Assembly (NCBI GenBank): GCA_964486865.1 | Contig: CAZAOZ010000012.1 | Coordinates: 1,870-65,869, forward strand | Reading direction: 5' to 3' | Length of the DNA: 64,000 bases | Source of the DNA: an uncultured Bordetella sp. | GTDB lineage: Bacteria; Pseudomonadota; Gammaproteobacteria; Burkholderiales; SG8-41 | In this document: in pieces, positions 55,701-64,000 of the stretch | Layout of the letters: every line of letters begins with the position of its first letter | How positions within the stretch are numbered: the first letter of the stretch is position 1 | Program-made: the position numbers and the translations under genes | The notes under the pieces: model-generated | Database searches by the model: none | What the model was told of the DNA's origin: nothing | The model's input: only the letters and a program-made list of their open reading frames with translations

Positions 55701-58496
55701 GCGGCGCTGCATCTAACCCCCTCGCCCCACCCTCTGCTTCGCTCCAAGTGTTCCCTTGTCCCCTACCCTCTCCCGCCCCAAGGCGGGAGAGGGGGGCGTA
55801 AAGTGAGGGGTGAGCAATTCATCAGTGTCAGCCACGCCCGCGAACACAACCTGAAAAACATCAGCGTCGATATTCCGCGCGGCAAATTCACCGTGGTCAC
55901 CGGCGTCTCCGGCAGCGGCAAATCGACACTGGCCTTCGACATCGTGTTCGCCGAGGGCCAGCGGCGCTATCTCGAATCGCTGAACGCCTACGCGCGGCAG
56001 TTCGTGCAGGCAGCGGCACGGCCCGATGTCGATGCCATTTACGGCATACCGCCGACGGTGGCCATCGAGCAGCGCACCAGCCGCGGCGGCCGGCGCAGCA
56101 CCGTAGCCACGCTGACCGAGATTTATCATTTCCTGCGCCTGCTCTACGTCAAGCTGGGCACGCAGCACTGTCCGGATTGCGATGTCGCCATCGAGCCGCA
56201 GAGCATCGACCAGATCGCCGCGCGCATCATGAAACGGCACCGCAACGACCGCATCGGCCTGCTGGCGCCGTTAGTCGTGAATCGCAAGGGCTATTACACC
56301 GACCTCGCCAAGTGGGCCGCGGGCAAGGGTTATACCCATCTCCGAGTGGATGGCGAGTTCATCACTACCGCGCCGTGGCCGCGGCTGGCGCGCTTCAGGG
56401 AACACAGCATCGAGCTGCCGGTCGCCGATATCCGCGTCACGCCGGAGAACGAGGCGCAACTGCGCGCCGGCCTCGCCGCCGCGCTGGATCACGGCAAGGG
56501 CATCGTGCAGGTGCTGGGCGGGCTGGATACGCTGGCCGCGGCGATGGCAAAAAAGGACGCGCGGAAAATCCGCCTGACTGAAACCGCGTATTCGGTAAAG
56601 CGCGCCTGCCCGTCGTGCAACAGGAGTTTTCCGGAACTCGACCCGCGGCTGTTTTCGTACAACTCCAAGCACGGCTGGTGCCCGTCGTGTTTCGGCACCG
56701 GGCTGACGCTGGAAAAAATAGACTGGGATGAAGAGCGCGAAAAAACCGGCACCGAAGAGCATGTGCTGGACTCGTGGCTGAACTGGCTGGAAGTCGATGA
56801 GCCCTGCCCGGCCTGCGCCGGCCAGCGGCTCAATCCGGCCGCGCTGGCGGTGCGTTACCGCAAGCGTTCGATTGCCGCGCTCGCCGCATTGCCGGTGGCA
56901 AAACTCGCGCGCGAATTCACCGATGTGTCATTCACCGGCCGGGAAGCCGCGATCGCGCGCGACATCGTCGCCGAAATCCGCAGCCGGCTGAGTTTCCTCG
57001 ACGAGGTCGGCCTGGGTTATCTCGCGCTCGACCGCGCCGCGCCGACCTTGTCCGGCGGCGAAGCGCAGCGCATCCGCCTCGCCGCGCAGCTCGGCTCCAA
57101 TCTGCGCGGCGTCGCCTACATCCTTGACGAGCCGACCATCGGCCTGCATCCGCGCGACAACCGCATCCTGCTCGACACGCTGGCGAAACTGCAGACCAAG
57201 GGCAACACCCTGATCGTGGTGGAGCACGACGAGGACACCATCCGCCGCGCCGACCATGTGATTGATCTCGGCCCCGGCGCGGGACGCCTCGGCGGCCATG
57301 TCGTCGCCGCGGGTACCGCCGCCGAACTGCAGCGTAATCCGCAATCCGTCACCGGCCGCCTGCTGGCCAGACCGCTGCAGCATCCGCTGCATCCGCCGCG
57401 TCGCGTGGATCACAAAACACCCTCGCTGCACATCCGCGGCGCGCAATTGCACAACCTGCAGCACATCAACGCGCGCGTGCCGCTGGGGCGATTGACGGTA
57501 ATCACCGGCGTGTCGGGCTCGGGCAAATCGACGCTGGCGCGCGACGTGCTGCACGCCAATCTCGCGCGCCTGGTCAACGCCAAGTCAAAAACATCAATAA
57601 AGACGACAGGTTGCATAAACATCACGGGGTGGCAGGCGGTAGGCCGCGTGCTTGAAGTCGATCAGACGCCCATCGGCAAAACGCCGCGCTCCTGCCCGGC
57701 GACCTATGTCGGTTTCTGGGACACCATCCGCCGTTTGTATGCCGAAGCGCCGGAAGCGCGCATGCGCGGCTACACCGCGAGCCGCTTTTCGTTCAATACC
57801 AAAGGCGGACGCTGCGAGGCCTGCGAGGGCCAGGGCGTGCAGAAAATCGAAATGAGTTTTCTGCCGGATGTGAAAGTGCCCTGCGATGTCTGCAACGGCG
57901 CGCGCTTTGATGCCGAAACCCTGAGCGTGCGCTTCAAGGACAAATCCATCGGCGACGTGCTGGCATTGTCCGTCGATGAAGCCGTGGAATTTTTTGCCGC
58001 GCACGCCGCAATCCACCACGCGCTGCGCCTGCTGCAGGACGTCGGCCTTGGTTATCTGACGCTGGGTCAGCAAAGCCCGACGCTGTCCGGCGGCGAAGCG
58101 CAGCGCATCAAGCTGGTCACCGAACTGGCCAAGGTGCGCATCAACAATGACGATGCCGGCGTGCGGCCCGGCCGCAGCGGCGCGCAAAAACACACGCTGT
58201 ATGTGCTCGACGAGCCGACCGTCGGCCTGCACATGGCGGACGTCGAAAAGCTGATCCATGTGCTGCACCGGCTGGTCGATGCCGGCAACTCGGTGGTGGT
58301 GATTGAGCACAACCTCGACATCATGGCCGAGGCCGACTGGATCATCGATCTGGGGCCGGAGGGCGGCGACGGCGGCGGGCGCATTGTCGCGGATGGTTCT
58401 CCGGCGCAGGTTGCCGCACGATCCGCAGGTTCGCATACTGCGCGTATCCTTGGTGATTTCCTCGCTGCACGAAGCCGCCAGCCTGCCCGGCCATGA
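52740..58496 (+). CDS. Tandem-duplicated UvrA-like ABC ATPase (about 1918 aa; two complete UvrA-like units in one polypeptide)
   Basis: Four Walker A sites (three [10 protein letters not shown], one [10 protein letters not shown]), four LSGGE(A/V)QR signatures and the Zn-module Cys pairs are repeated twice. Unit 1 spans roughly 52740-55710 and unit 2 roughly 55820-58496. The stop overlaps the pirin ATG (ATGA). Confidence 0.85.
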   Translation: MDTPEHRSEHIVIRGARQNNLKNLSLDLPLNELIVVTGVSGSGKSSLVFDTLYAEGQRRYVETFSPYARQFLDRQDRPQVDSIDGIPPAIAIDQVNPVRTSRSTVGTMTELNDHLKLLFARAAQLYCKGCGARVKRDTPQMIYDVLLARARAAGDPRLAIAFPVPVPANFKADEVKALLTAQGYTRFLHESHDRFEVVQDRLRMGGAERARVIEALEAALKVGQGRVNVYPLNDAPGTHADHPSPITHHAPWRFSTALHCAECDIHYAEPNPSLFSFNSPLGACDTCRGFGRMIGVDYGLVIPDETKSLRDGAVRPWQTPSNRECQDDLIKYAKKRGIPVDTPWRDLPAQQKRWVIDGEPEWVSWRKSWPGVWYGVARFFKWLETKAYKMHVRVLLSKYRAYTECTACGGARLKTDALLWRIGTAANADAALGHGEHRRPRHKPQGVKFTDAQLAALPGLTLHDVVLLPLERTKTLFDALELPRPLDEATDMLIGEIRTRLDYLTQVGLGYLTLDRQSRTLSGGEVQRINLTTALGTSLVNTLFVLDEPSIGLHPRDMGRVIGVMHRLRDAGNSLVVVEHDPQVMLAADRLLDIGPGPGSRGGEIVAFDTPARIMQAQASITGRYLSGKLRAAGHDAARAPTKNTPRLRLCGAAEHNLKMIDVDFPLQRLICITGVSGSGKSTLVQDVLYAALRKALGKPAETPGRHDGFYGADHVSDVVMVDQSSIGRTTRSNPASYVGAFDAVRSRFSSAPLAQSRGYTAGTFSFNSGTGRCPTCSGNGFEHVEMQFLSDVYLRCPDCDGRRYRAEVLEITVEGKSIADVLELTVADALAFFNHAPDIVRALQPLVDVGLDYLKLGQPVPTLSGGEAQRLKLAGFLAEAAYVGRNAAGRDAAGGKGTLFLFDEPTTGLHFDDVRKLLGACRKLIAAGHSLIVIEHNLDVIRAADWIIDLGPEGGDAGGAVVCTGTPEMIAAHETSHTGKALRDYAAALHLTPSPHPLLRSKCSLVPYPLPPQGGRGGRKVRGEQFISVSHAREHNLKNISVDIPRGKFTVVTGVSGSGKSTLAFDIVFAEGQRRYLESLNAYARQFVQAAARPDVDAIYGIPPTVAIEQRTSRGGRRSTVATLTEIYHFLRLLYVKLGTQHCPDCDVAIEPQSIDQIAARIMKRHRNDRIGLLAPLVVNRKGYYTDLAKWAAGKGYTHLRVDGEFITTAPWPRLARFREHSIELPVADIRVTPENEAQLRAGLAAALDHGKGIVQVLGGLDTLAAAMAKKDARKIRLTETAYSVKRACPSCNRSFPELDPRLFSYNSKHGWCPSCFGTGLTLEKIDWDEEREKTGTEEHVLDSWLNWLEVDEPCPACAGQRLNPAALAVRYRKRSIAALAALPVAKLAREFTDVSFTGREAAIARDIVAEIRSRLSFLDEVGLGYLALDRAAPTLSGGEAQRIRLAAQLGSNLRGVAYILDEPTIGLHPRDNRILLDTLAKLQTKGNTLIVVEHDEDTIRRADHVIDLGPGAGRLGGHVVAAGTAAELQRNPQSVTGRLLARPLQHPLHPPRRVDHKTPSLHIRGAQLHNLQHINARVPLGRLTVITGVSGSGKSTLARDVLHANLARLVNAKSKTSIKTTGCINITGWQAVGRVLEVDQTPIGKTPRSCPATYVGFWDTIRRLYAEAPEARMRGYTASRFSFNTKGGRCEACEGQGVQKIEMSFLPDVKVPCDVCNGARFDAETLSVRFKDKSIGDVLALSVDEAVEFFAAHAAIHHALRLLQDVGLGYLTLGQQSPTLSGGEAQRIKLVTELAKVRINNDDAGVRPGRSGAQKHTLYVLDEPTVGLHMADVEKLIHVLHRLVDAGNSVVVIEHNLDIMAEADWIIDLGPEGGDGGGRIVADGSPAQVAARSAGSHTARILGDFLAARSRQPARP
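55716..55815. repeat. REP-like GC-rich palindromic element, copy C, in frame inside the UvrA-like inter-unit linker
   Basis: CCCCTCGCCCCACCCTCTGCTTCGCTCCAAGTGTTCCCTTGTCCCCTACCCTCTCCCGCC-CCAA-GGCGGGAGAGGGGGGCGTAAAGTGAGGGGTGAG contains a perfect 12-bp hairpin (55766-55793). Its core is shared with copies A and B. It is translated as ...[33 protein letters not shown].... Confidence 0.6.
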
Positions 58497-59356
58497 TCGC
58501 GCAAACGCTCACTGCCCACACCAAGGACCTCGGCGGTTTCGAGGTGCGGCGCCTGCTGCCGGCCGCGGCGCGGCGGATGGTCGGGCCGTTCATATTTTTT
58601 GATCACATGGGTCCGGCCTGGTTCGCGCCCGGCCACGGCATCGACGTGCGCCCGCATCCGCATATCGGGCTGGCGACGGTCACTTACCTGTTCGACGGCG
58701 CCCTCATGCACCGCGACAGCCTGGGCTGCGTGCAGCGCATCGAGCCGGGCGACGTCAACTGGATGACCGCGGGACGCGGCATCGTTCATTCCGAGCGCAG
58801 CCCCACTGAAGATCGCGACACCATGCGCGGGCTGCACGGCATCCAGGTCTGGGTCGCGCTGCCGCGCGCGCACGAGCAGACCGCGCCCGCCTTCACGCAT
58901 CATGCCCAAGCCACGCTGCCGGTTGCGCAATGGGGCCACGCCACGCTGCGGCTGATCGCCGGCGAGGCGTACGGGCTGCGCGCGCCGGCAAAAACGTTCT
59001 CCCCGATGTTTTACGGCGCCGTCGAAGCCGCGGGCGCAGCTCAATTCGAGTTGCCGGCGGAATACGCCGAGCGCGCGATTTACGTGGTGGAGGGCGATGT
59101 CGCCGTCGGCGGCGCGCCCGTTCTTCCGCGCACCATGGCTGTCATCGCCCCCGGTGCGGCGGCCGTCGTCAGCGTCGCCGCCGGCGCACGGCTGATGCTG
59201 CTCGGCGGCGCAGCCATCGACGGCGAACGTCTGCTGTCGTGGAATTTTGTCGCCAGCAACAACGCGCTGATCGAAGACGCGCGCGCCCGCTGGCGGGAAC
59301 AGCGTTTTGACCCGGTGCCCGGCGAAACGGAATTCATCCCGCTGCCGGAGCGCTGA
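58493..59356 (+). CDS. Pirin family protein
   Basis: GPFIFFDHMGP..., ...RPHPHIGLATVTYLF..., ...NWMTAGRGIVHSE... (cupin metal ligands of pirins). Confidence 0.9.
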   Translation: MIAQTLTAHTKDLGGFEVRRLLPAAARRMVGPFIFFDHMGPAWFAPGHGIDVRPHPHIGLATVTYLFDGALMHRDSLGCVQRIEPGDVNWMTAGRGIVHSERSPTEDRDTMRGLHGIQVWVALPRAHEQTAPAFTHHAQATLPVAQWGHATLRLIAGEAYGLRAPAKTFSPMFYGAVEAAGAAQFELPAEYAERAIYVVEGDVAVGGAPVLPRTMAVIAPGAAAVVSVAAGARLMLLGGAAIDGERLLSWNFVASNNALIEDARARWREQRFDPVPGETEFIPLPER

Positions 59357-59411
59357 TCCCAGCACGGCGCAACTGTCGGCGCGCTAGAATAGGCGCCTCC
59401 CTTTCTGCAGG

Positions 59412-60047
59412 ATGCCTGTCGTGAGTAGAGACCAACTGCGCCGCGAGTATCAGGGCGAACCCCTGAACGAATCCGCTGTTGCTGCCGATCCGTTTGCCCA
59501 GTTCCAGCACTGGTTCGACGAGGCGGTGCGCGCGGAATTGCCGCAGCCCAATGCGATGACGCTGGCGACGGTGGCGGCATCCGGACAGCCCTCGGCGCGC
59601 ATCGTGCTGCTCAACAGCATCGACGGCGGCTTCGTGTTCTACACCAATTACATGAGCCGCAAGGGCCGCGAACTCGCCGCCAATGCGCGCGCCGCGCTGG
59701 TGTTTTACTGGCATGAACTCGAGCGCGAAGTGCGCATCGAGGGCAGCGTGGCCAAAGTCACCGCCGCTGAATCCGACGCCTATTTCGACCTCCGTCCGCT
59801 GGGCAGCCGCCATGCGGCGATTGCCTCGCCGCAAAGCGAAACGGTCGTGAACCGCGCCGTGCTCGAACAGCGTTTTGCCGCCGCCGCGCAACTCGGCGCC
59901 CACCCGCCGCGCCCCGCGCACTGGGGCGGCTACCGGCTGACCCCCGTTGCGGTGGAATTCTGGCAGGGCCGGCCCAACCGGCTGCATGACCGCCTGCTGT
60001 ATGCGCGCGCCGGCGAACACTGGCAGTTGAGCCGGCTCGCGCCGTAA
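59412..60047 (+). CDS. pdxH: Pyridoxamine 5'-phosphate oxidase
   Basis: PNAMTLATV...PSARIVLL..., [18 protein letters not shown]..., EREVRIEG..., [10 protein letters not shown]..., HWGGYRL...[14 protein letters not shown]. Confidence 0.9.
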   Translation: MPVVSRDQLRREYQGEPLNESAVAADPFAQFQHWFDEAVRAELPQPNAMTLATVAASGQPSARIVLLNSIDGGFVFYTNYMSRKGRELAANARAALVFYWHELEREVRIEGSVAKVTAAESDAYFDLRPLGSRHAAIASPQSETVVNRAVLEQRFAAAAQLGAHPPRPAHWGGYRLTPVAVEFWQGRPNRLHDRLLYARAGEHWQLSRLAP

Positions 60048-60055
60048 GCCCTGCC

Positions 60056-60961
60056 TTGTCCGCGCCGCTCTCCGCCCGCGCCTGGGAAACGCTGCTGGCG
60101 TGGTATTTCGTCTCGGTATGGGGCTCGGGGTTTATTGCCACCAAAATCGGCCTCGGGCAGGCTGCGCCCTTCACCTTCCTGACGCTGCGCTTCGCCTTCG
60201 GCATCCTGTGCCTGATCCCGATCGTGCTGATCGTCAGGCCGCGCTGGCCGGCCGACCGCCGCGAGGCCGGCCACATCATCGTTGCCGGACTGCTGATGCA
60301 CGCCGTGCATCTCGGCGGCAGCCACTACACGCAATATCTGGGCATGTCGGCGGGCATCACCGCGGTGCTGCTGTCGATCCAGCCACTGCTGACCGCGGTC
60401 ATCGCCGGACGCTGGCTGGGCGAGCGCCTCGGCGCACGGCAATGGCTGGGCATCGCCGTCGGCCTCGCCGGCGTGACGCTGATCGTCTGGCACAAGATTG
60501 ATGTGCACGAAGCCACGCTCGGCAGCCTCATCGCCGTCACCATCTCGCTGGCCGGCGTCACCGCCGGCACGCTCTACCAGCGCACGTTCTGCCCGGCGGT
60601 GGATCTGCGCGCGGCCGCCCTGCTGCAGTTTGTCGCGACCATCGCCGTGCTGGCGCCGCTGGCATGGCTGGTCGAGGGCGCGGCAGTGCGCTGGTCATGG
60701 GCGCTCGCCGGCGCCATCGTATTCCTGGTGATCGGCGCGTCGATACTCGCGGTCAATGCCTTCCATACGCTGATGCGCCGCGGCCAGGCGACGCGGGTCA
60801 GCAGCCTGATTTACCTGACGCCGATTTTCGCGGTGGCACTGGAACTGGCGATGTTCGGCGTGGTGCCGACGCCGCTGTCGATCGCCGGCATAGTCACCAC
60901 CTGCCTCGGCGTGGCGCTGGTGTCGTGGCCGACCGGACGCCCGCGGCCAGCGCCGCGCTGA
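60056..60961 (+). CDS. EamA/DMT family transporter
   Basis: Ten hydrophobic segments in two EamA repeats (WGSGFIATKIGL..., ...YLTPIFAVALELAMFG...). TTG start as tracked. Confidence 0.8.
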   Translation: MSAPLSARAWETLLAWYFVSVWGSGFIATKIGLGQAAPFTFLTLRFAFGILCLIPIVLIVRPRWPADRREAGHIIVAGLLMHAVHLGGSHYTQYLGMSAGITAVLLSIQPLLTAVIAGRWLGERLGARQWLGIAVGLAGVTLIVWHKIDVHEATLGSLIAVTISLAGVTAGTLYQRTFCPAVDLRAAALLQFVATIAVLAPLAWLVEGAAVRWSWALAGAIVFLVIGASILAVNAFHTLMRRGQATRVSSLIYLTPIFAVALELAMFGVVPTPLSIAGIVTTCLGVALVSWPTGRPRPAPR

Positions 60962-61012
60962 GCGCCAAAACAGGCACGCCAGGGACTGTGTGCGAGGGGG
61001 AAGCGCAAAACA

Positions 61013-61040
61013 AACGGGGCGCCGCAGCACCCCGTTTTTA
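61013..61040. terminator. Bidirectional intrinsic terminator between convergent EamA and SWIB genes
   Basis: AAACGGGG-CGCCGCAGCA-CCCCGTTT is flanked by T-runs on both strands (TTTTT on plus; GTTTTG on minus). Confidence 0.55.
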
Positions 61041-61057
61041 CCCAATAAAACAACGGG

Positions 61058-61372
61058 TTACTTCAGGTGTTTGTTGACCAGTTTGGTCATCTCGAACATG
61101 GACACTTGCTTCTTGCCGCCGAAGACGTCTTTCAGTTTTTCGTCAGCGTTGATGTTGCGGCGGTTCTTGCTGTCCTGCAGGCCATGCTTCTTGATGTACG
61201 CCCAGATTTTCTTGGTGACTTCCGTGCGCGGCATCATGCCATTGCCGATCACCGCGCCAAGTGCTGCGCTCGGTTGCATCGGCTTCATGAATGCGGCATT
61301 GGGTTTGCGTTTCGCGCCGGCTTTCTTTTTCTTCGCGGCGGGTTTTTTGCTAGCTTTTTTCTTTGCAGCCAT
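61058..61372 (-). CDS. SWIB/MDM2 domain protein with a Lys/Ala-rich N-terminal tail
   Basis: MAAKKKASKKPAAKKKKAGAKRKPN tail, then SAALGAVIGNGMMPRTEVTKKIWAYIKKHGLQD...NINADEKLKDVFGGKKQVSMFEMTKLVNKHL (SWIB fold pattern). Confidence 0.8.
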   Translation of the reverse strand: MAAKKKASKKPAAKKKKAGAKRKPNAAFMKPMQPSAALGAVIGNGMMPRTEVTKKIWAYIKKHGLQDSKNRRNINADEKLKDVFGGKKQVSMFEMTKLVNKHLK

Positions 61373-61826
61373 CGATTGATCTCCCGTTCAGGTCTGTCTG
61401 GTTTGAGTCGGTTGGACTACTTTACTTCGCTCTGTTTACTTCGCTTTAACTACTCAGCTTGTCCAGCTTGGTTGCTGTGCCGTGGTGTTGCACGGTGTCA
61501 AGAGGATGCCGATGGAAAATGGCTTTGTCAATCAATTCCAGAGTGAATTTCAGAGGGTACCGCGCGATAATCGGGCACCTCCGTACGACGCCGCAACACC
61601 AGCCAACGGCGACCGGTTTGTGTGATTGCGGCCGTGGCCGCACAATAGCGGCTTCCCGGCGCGGGTCCCCGCGGTTCACCGGCAGCACAAGAGCAGAAGC
61701 AAATCAATGACCTACTGGAGGAACTTGAATTGTGAGTCTGCATCAACGGCAATCCCGGCGTCCGCATCCGCACGTCGCCGGACAGTGACAATGCGCGGCA
61801 ATTTCCCCCGCTAGAGCGCCCGCCTC

Positions 61827-62843
61827 ATGTCCAGGCAGATGTCCTTGTTCGAGGGCGAAACGCGGGGCGGTCCCACTCACCGCGCGGTGGAAATCGCCCC
61901 CGCAGCCGTCACCTCCGAGGTGCGCGAACTGGCGCGCCAGCTGCCGGACGGCGTGCGGCTGGGCACCTCGTCCTGGCATTTTCCCGGCTGGCGCGGCATG
62001 GTCTGGGCAGACACCGTGCCTCCGGGCGACCTGTCGCGCCATGGTCTCGCCGCCTACGCGCAACACCCGCTGTTCAACACCGTCGGCGTGGATCGCTCAT
62101 TTTATGCGCCGCTGTCGGCATGGCAATACGAAGTGTACGCACAGCAGGTGCCGGAGCATTTCCGTTTTGTGGTCAAGGCGCCCAGCGCGCTGACGATGCC
62201 GTGGACGCACGCGGAGCCCGGCGAAAAAAATGCGCCGAATGCGCACTACCTCGATGCTGCTTATGCCATTGATCAGTTCATTGGTCCGGCCATCGAGGGG
62301 CTGGGCGCAAAAGCCGGGCCGCTGCTGTTCCAGTTTCCGCCGCTGGGCCGGGCGCTGACGCGGGCGCCCGAACGGTTCATCGCGCAGCTGCAGGAATTTC
62401 TCGGGCGGCTGCCGCAGGGACCGCTGTATGCGGTGGAAATGCGCGATGACCGCATGATTACGCGCCGCTTTTTCGCCTCGCTCCACGAGGCGCGGGCACG
62501 CTATTGCCTCGGCGTGCATCCGCGCATGCCGCCAGTGGCGGCGCAGGCTGCCGCCATGTCGGGCTTCGGCCCGGGACCGCTGATCGTGCGCTGGAACCTG
62601 CGCGCCGGCTACGGTTACGAAGACGCCAGAACGCGGTTCACGCCCTTCGATCAGCTGGTGGACGAGGACAGCGCAACGCGGGAATCGATTGCGCAGCTGT
62701 GCATCGGAACGCTGGCTGCCGGGCACGAATGCACCATCATCGCCAACAACAAGGCTGAAGGTTGCGCGCCGCTGACGCTGATCAAGCTGGCGCAGGCCAT
62801 CATCAGCGCGACCCGTCAGCGCCGTCTTGCCGCGGAAGCCTGA
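61827..62843 (+). CDS. DUF72 (YecE-like) family protein
   Basis: LGTSSWHFPGWRGMVW..., ...TVGVDRSFYAP..., ...FRFVVKAP..., ...GPLLFQFPP.... Confidence 0.8.
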   Translation: MSRQMSLFEGETRGGPTHRAVEIAPAAVTSEVRELARQLPDGVRLGTSSWHFPGWRGMVWADTVPPGDLSRHGLAAYAQHPLFNTVGVDRSFYAPLSAWQYEVYAQQVPEHFRFVVKAPSALTMPWTHAEPGEKNAPNAHYLDAAYAIDQFIGPAIEGLGAKAGPLLFQFPPLGRALTRAPERFIAQLQEFLGRLPQGPLYAVEMRDDRMITRRFFASLHEARARYCLGVHPRMPPVAAQAAAMSGFGPGPLIVRWNLRAGYGYEDARTRFTPFDQLVDEDSATRESIAQLCIGTLAAGHECTIIANNKAEGCAPLTLIKLAQAIISATRQRRLAAEA

Positions 62844-62855
62844 AGGCGTGCAGGA

Positions 62856-63452
62856 CTATTTCTTCAGCCGGCCGGCGAATTTCCGGCGGAATTTTGCGAC
62901 TTTCGGCGAAACCACGGCCTGACAGTACGGCTGCCGCGGATTGCGTTCAAAATATTCCTGGTGATATGGCTCGGCCACGTAAAAACGCGGGGCCGCCGCC
63001 ACTTCGGTGACTATCGGGTGCTCGAACACCCTGGCCGCCGTCAGGTCGCGAATGGCCGCTTCCGCCGCGGCTTTTTGCTCCGGCGTATGGAAATAGATCA
63101 CGGAACGGTACTGGGTGCCGACGTCGTTGCCCTGGAAATTCAGGGTTGTCGGATCGTGTATCGTGAAAAACACATCGAGAATGTCGCGATACGTCGCCAC
63201 CGCGGGATCAAAGGTGACGCGCACCACCTCGGCATGGCCGGTGTCGCCGCCGCAGATCGCTTCGTAGGTCGGATTGTCCGTGTGCCCGCCGCTGTAGCCC
63301 GATTCGACGGACTCGACGCCCGCCATGCCGTCGAACACCGCCTCCAGGCACCAGAAACACCCGCCGCCCAGCGTCGCGACTTCGCGCGCGCCGGGCAGCG
63401 ATTCCTGACGGTTTTCGCCCGTAACAATTTCGCCCGTGACCACCCCGGTCAC
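62856..63452 (-). CDS. msrA: Peptide-methionine (S)-S-oxide reductase
   Basis: [15 protein letters not shown]...[12 protein letters not shown]...[23 protein letters not shown]...[22 protein letters not shown] start overlapping the fbp stop. Confidence 0.9.
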   Translation of the reverse strand: MTGVVTGEIVTGENRQESLPGAREVATLGGGCFWCLEAVFDGMAGVESVESGYSGGHTDNPTYEAICGGDTGHAEVVRVTFDPAVATYRDILDVFFTIHDPTTLNFQGNDVGTQYRSVIYFHTPEQKAAAEAAIRDLTAARVFEHPIVTEVAAAPRFYVAEPYHQEYFERNPRQPYCQAVVSPKVAKFRRKFAGRLKK

Positions 63453-64000
63453 TTTCCCTCGCCGTGGTATCCCGTCACCCGCGCCACTTCATTGCGCGAA
63501 CCGAGGATGACCCCGACGCGCTGGTGCAGCTTTTCGGGCTGCACGTCGAGTATGCGCTGACGGCCGGTGCTCGCGGCGCCGCCCGCCTGCTCGACGATCA
63601 TGGACATCGGATTGGCCTCATACATCAGCCGCAGCCGGCCGTCCTTGTGCTTGGCGTCCTGCGGATACATGAAAATGCCGCCGCGCGACAGGATGCGATA
63701 GACGTCGGCCACCATCGATGCCACCCAGCGCATGTTGTAATCCTTGCCCAGCGGACCGTTTTTGCCGGCGAGACATTCATCGATGTAGCGCTTCACCGGC
63801 GGCTCCCAATTGCGCATGTTCGACATGTTGATGGCGAATTCGGCGGTGTCGGCGGGAATTTCTATTTTCGGCTGGGTCAGCACCCAGCTGCCCATTTCGC
63901 GATCCAGCGTGAAGCCGGCCACGCCGTTGCCCACGGTCAGGATGAGTATGGTCGATGGCCCGTACACCGCGAAACCCGCCGCCACCTGGCGCGCGCCGGG
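63449..64000 (-). CDS. fbp: Fructose-1,6-bisphosphatase class 1 (C-terminal part; 5' end beyond the window)
   Basis: [21 protein letters not shown]..., ...[24 protein letters not shown]..., ...[19 protein letters not shown].... The frame stays open to position 64000. Confidence 0.9.
   Translation of the reverse strand, partial: PGARQVAAGFAVYGPSTILILTVGNGVAGFTLDREMGSWVLTQPKIEIPADTAEFAINMSNMRNWEPPVKRYIDECLAGKNGPLGKDYNMRWVASMVADVYRILSRGGIFMYPQDAKHKDGRLRLMYEANPMSMIVEQAGGAASTGRQRILDVQPEKLHQRVGVILGSRNEVARVTGYHGEGK

Noticed and set aside
1-64000. CRISPR arrays, IS elements or transposases, integrases, prophage genes, rRNA/tRNA genes.
   Set aside because: No regularly spaced direct repeats were seen, and no DDE/HUH/tyrosine-recombinase-like translations or rRNA/tRNA-like sequences were recognised while reading both strands.

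Overview
High-GC (~63-65%) chromosomal segment that looks betaproteobacterial (Burkholderiales-like). I infer this from 11 intact copies plus one fragment of the Bug/TctC periplasmic binding-protein family, with no TctA/TctB membrane partners in the window. Most genes are accessory catabolic or transport functions: a LigI-like amidohydrolase/RraA-HMG-aldolase-like/aldehyde dehydrogenase operon, TauD, two Cys-type sulfatases, PrpD-family, M20 peptidase, RidA paralogs, FAH, and SDR/MDR dehydrogenases. Housekeeping genes are dinB, pdxH, msrA, fbp, carbamate kinase and pirin. There is also a ~1918-aa tandem-duplicated UvrA-like ATPase.

Mobile or defence-type content consists of a HigBA toxin-antitoxin cassette, a Fic-type 'mobile mystery protein A/B' pair, and a low-GC BglII-like type II restriction-modification islet. 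No transposase, integrase, CRISPR, rRNA or tRNA was recognised.

The main finding is three in-frame TGA codons that an ORF caller splits or truncates. Each sits exactly at a redox motif and is followed by a hairpin whose loop starts 16-19 nt after the TGA, which fits bacterial SECIS geometry.
- TGA 18951-18953 lies in a ...GD-U-GSC... motif.
- TGA 21156-21158 lies in an AhpD/CMD-like ...EC-GY-U... (CxxU) motif.
- TGA 559-561 lies in a ...NAA-U-GSC... motif.

Two of these fall in one minus-strand operon: CMD-like selenoprotein, CinA-like protein, 347-aa conserved protein, UGSC selenoprotein. The third is in a paralogous gene at the left edge, where the UGSC domain is fused to a homolog of the 347-aa protein. 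Together they suggest an uncharacterised selenocysteine-dependent redox module.

Other notable items:
- a REP-like palindromic element present three times, once in frame inside the UvrA-like linker
- a single-chain triple RidA fusion
- mosaic gene fragments (Bug 3' end joined to a rhodanese 3' end)
- a frameshifted OsmC gene
- a rhodanese/OsmC/GcvH-like sulfur cluster
- two terminator-ended candidate small RNAs

All calls come from reading the translations and the sequence by eye. No database search was run.
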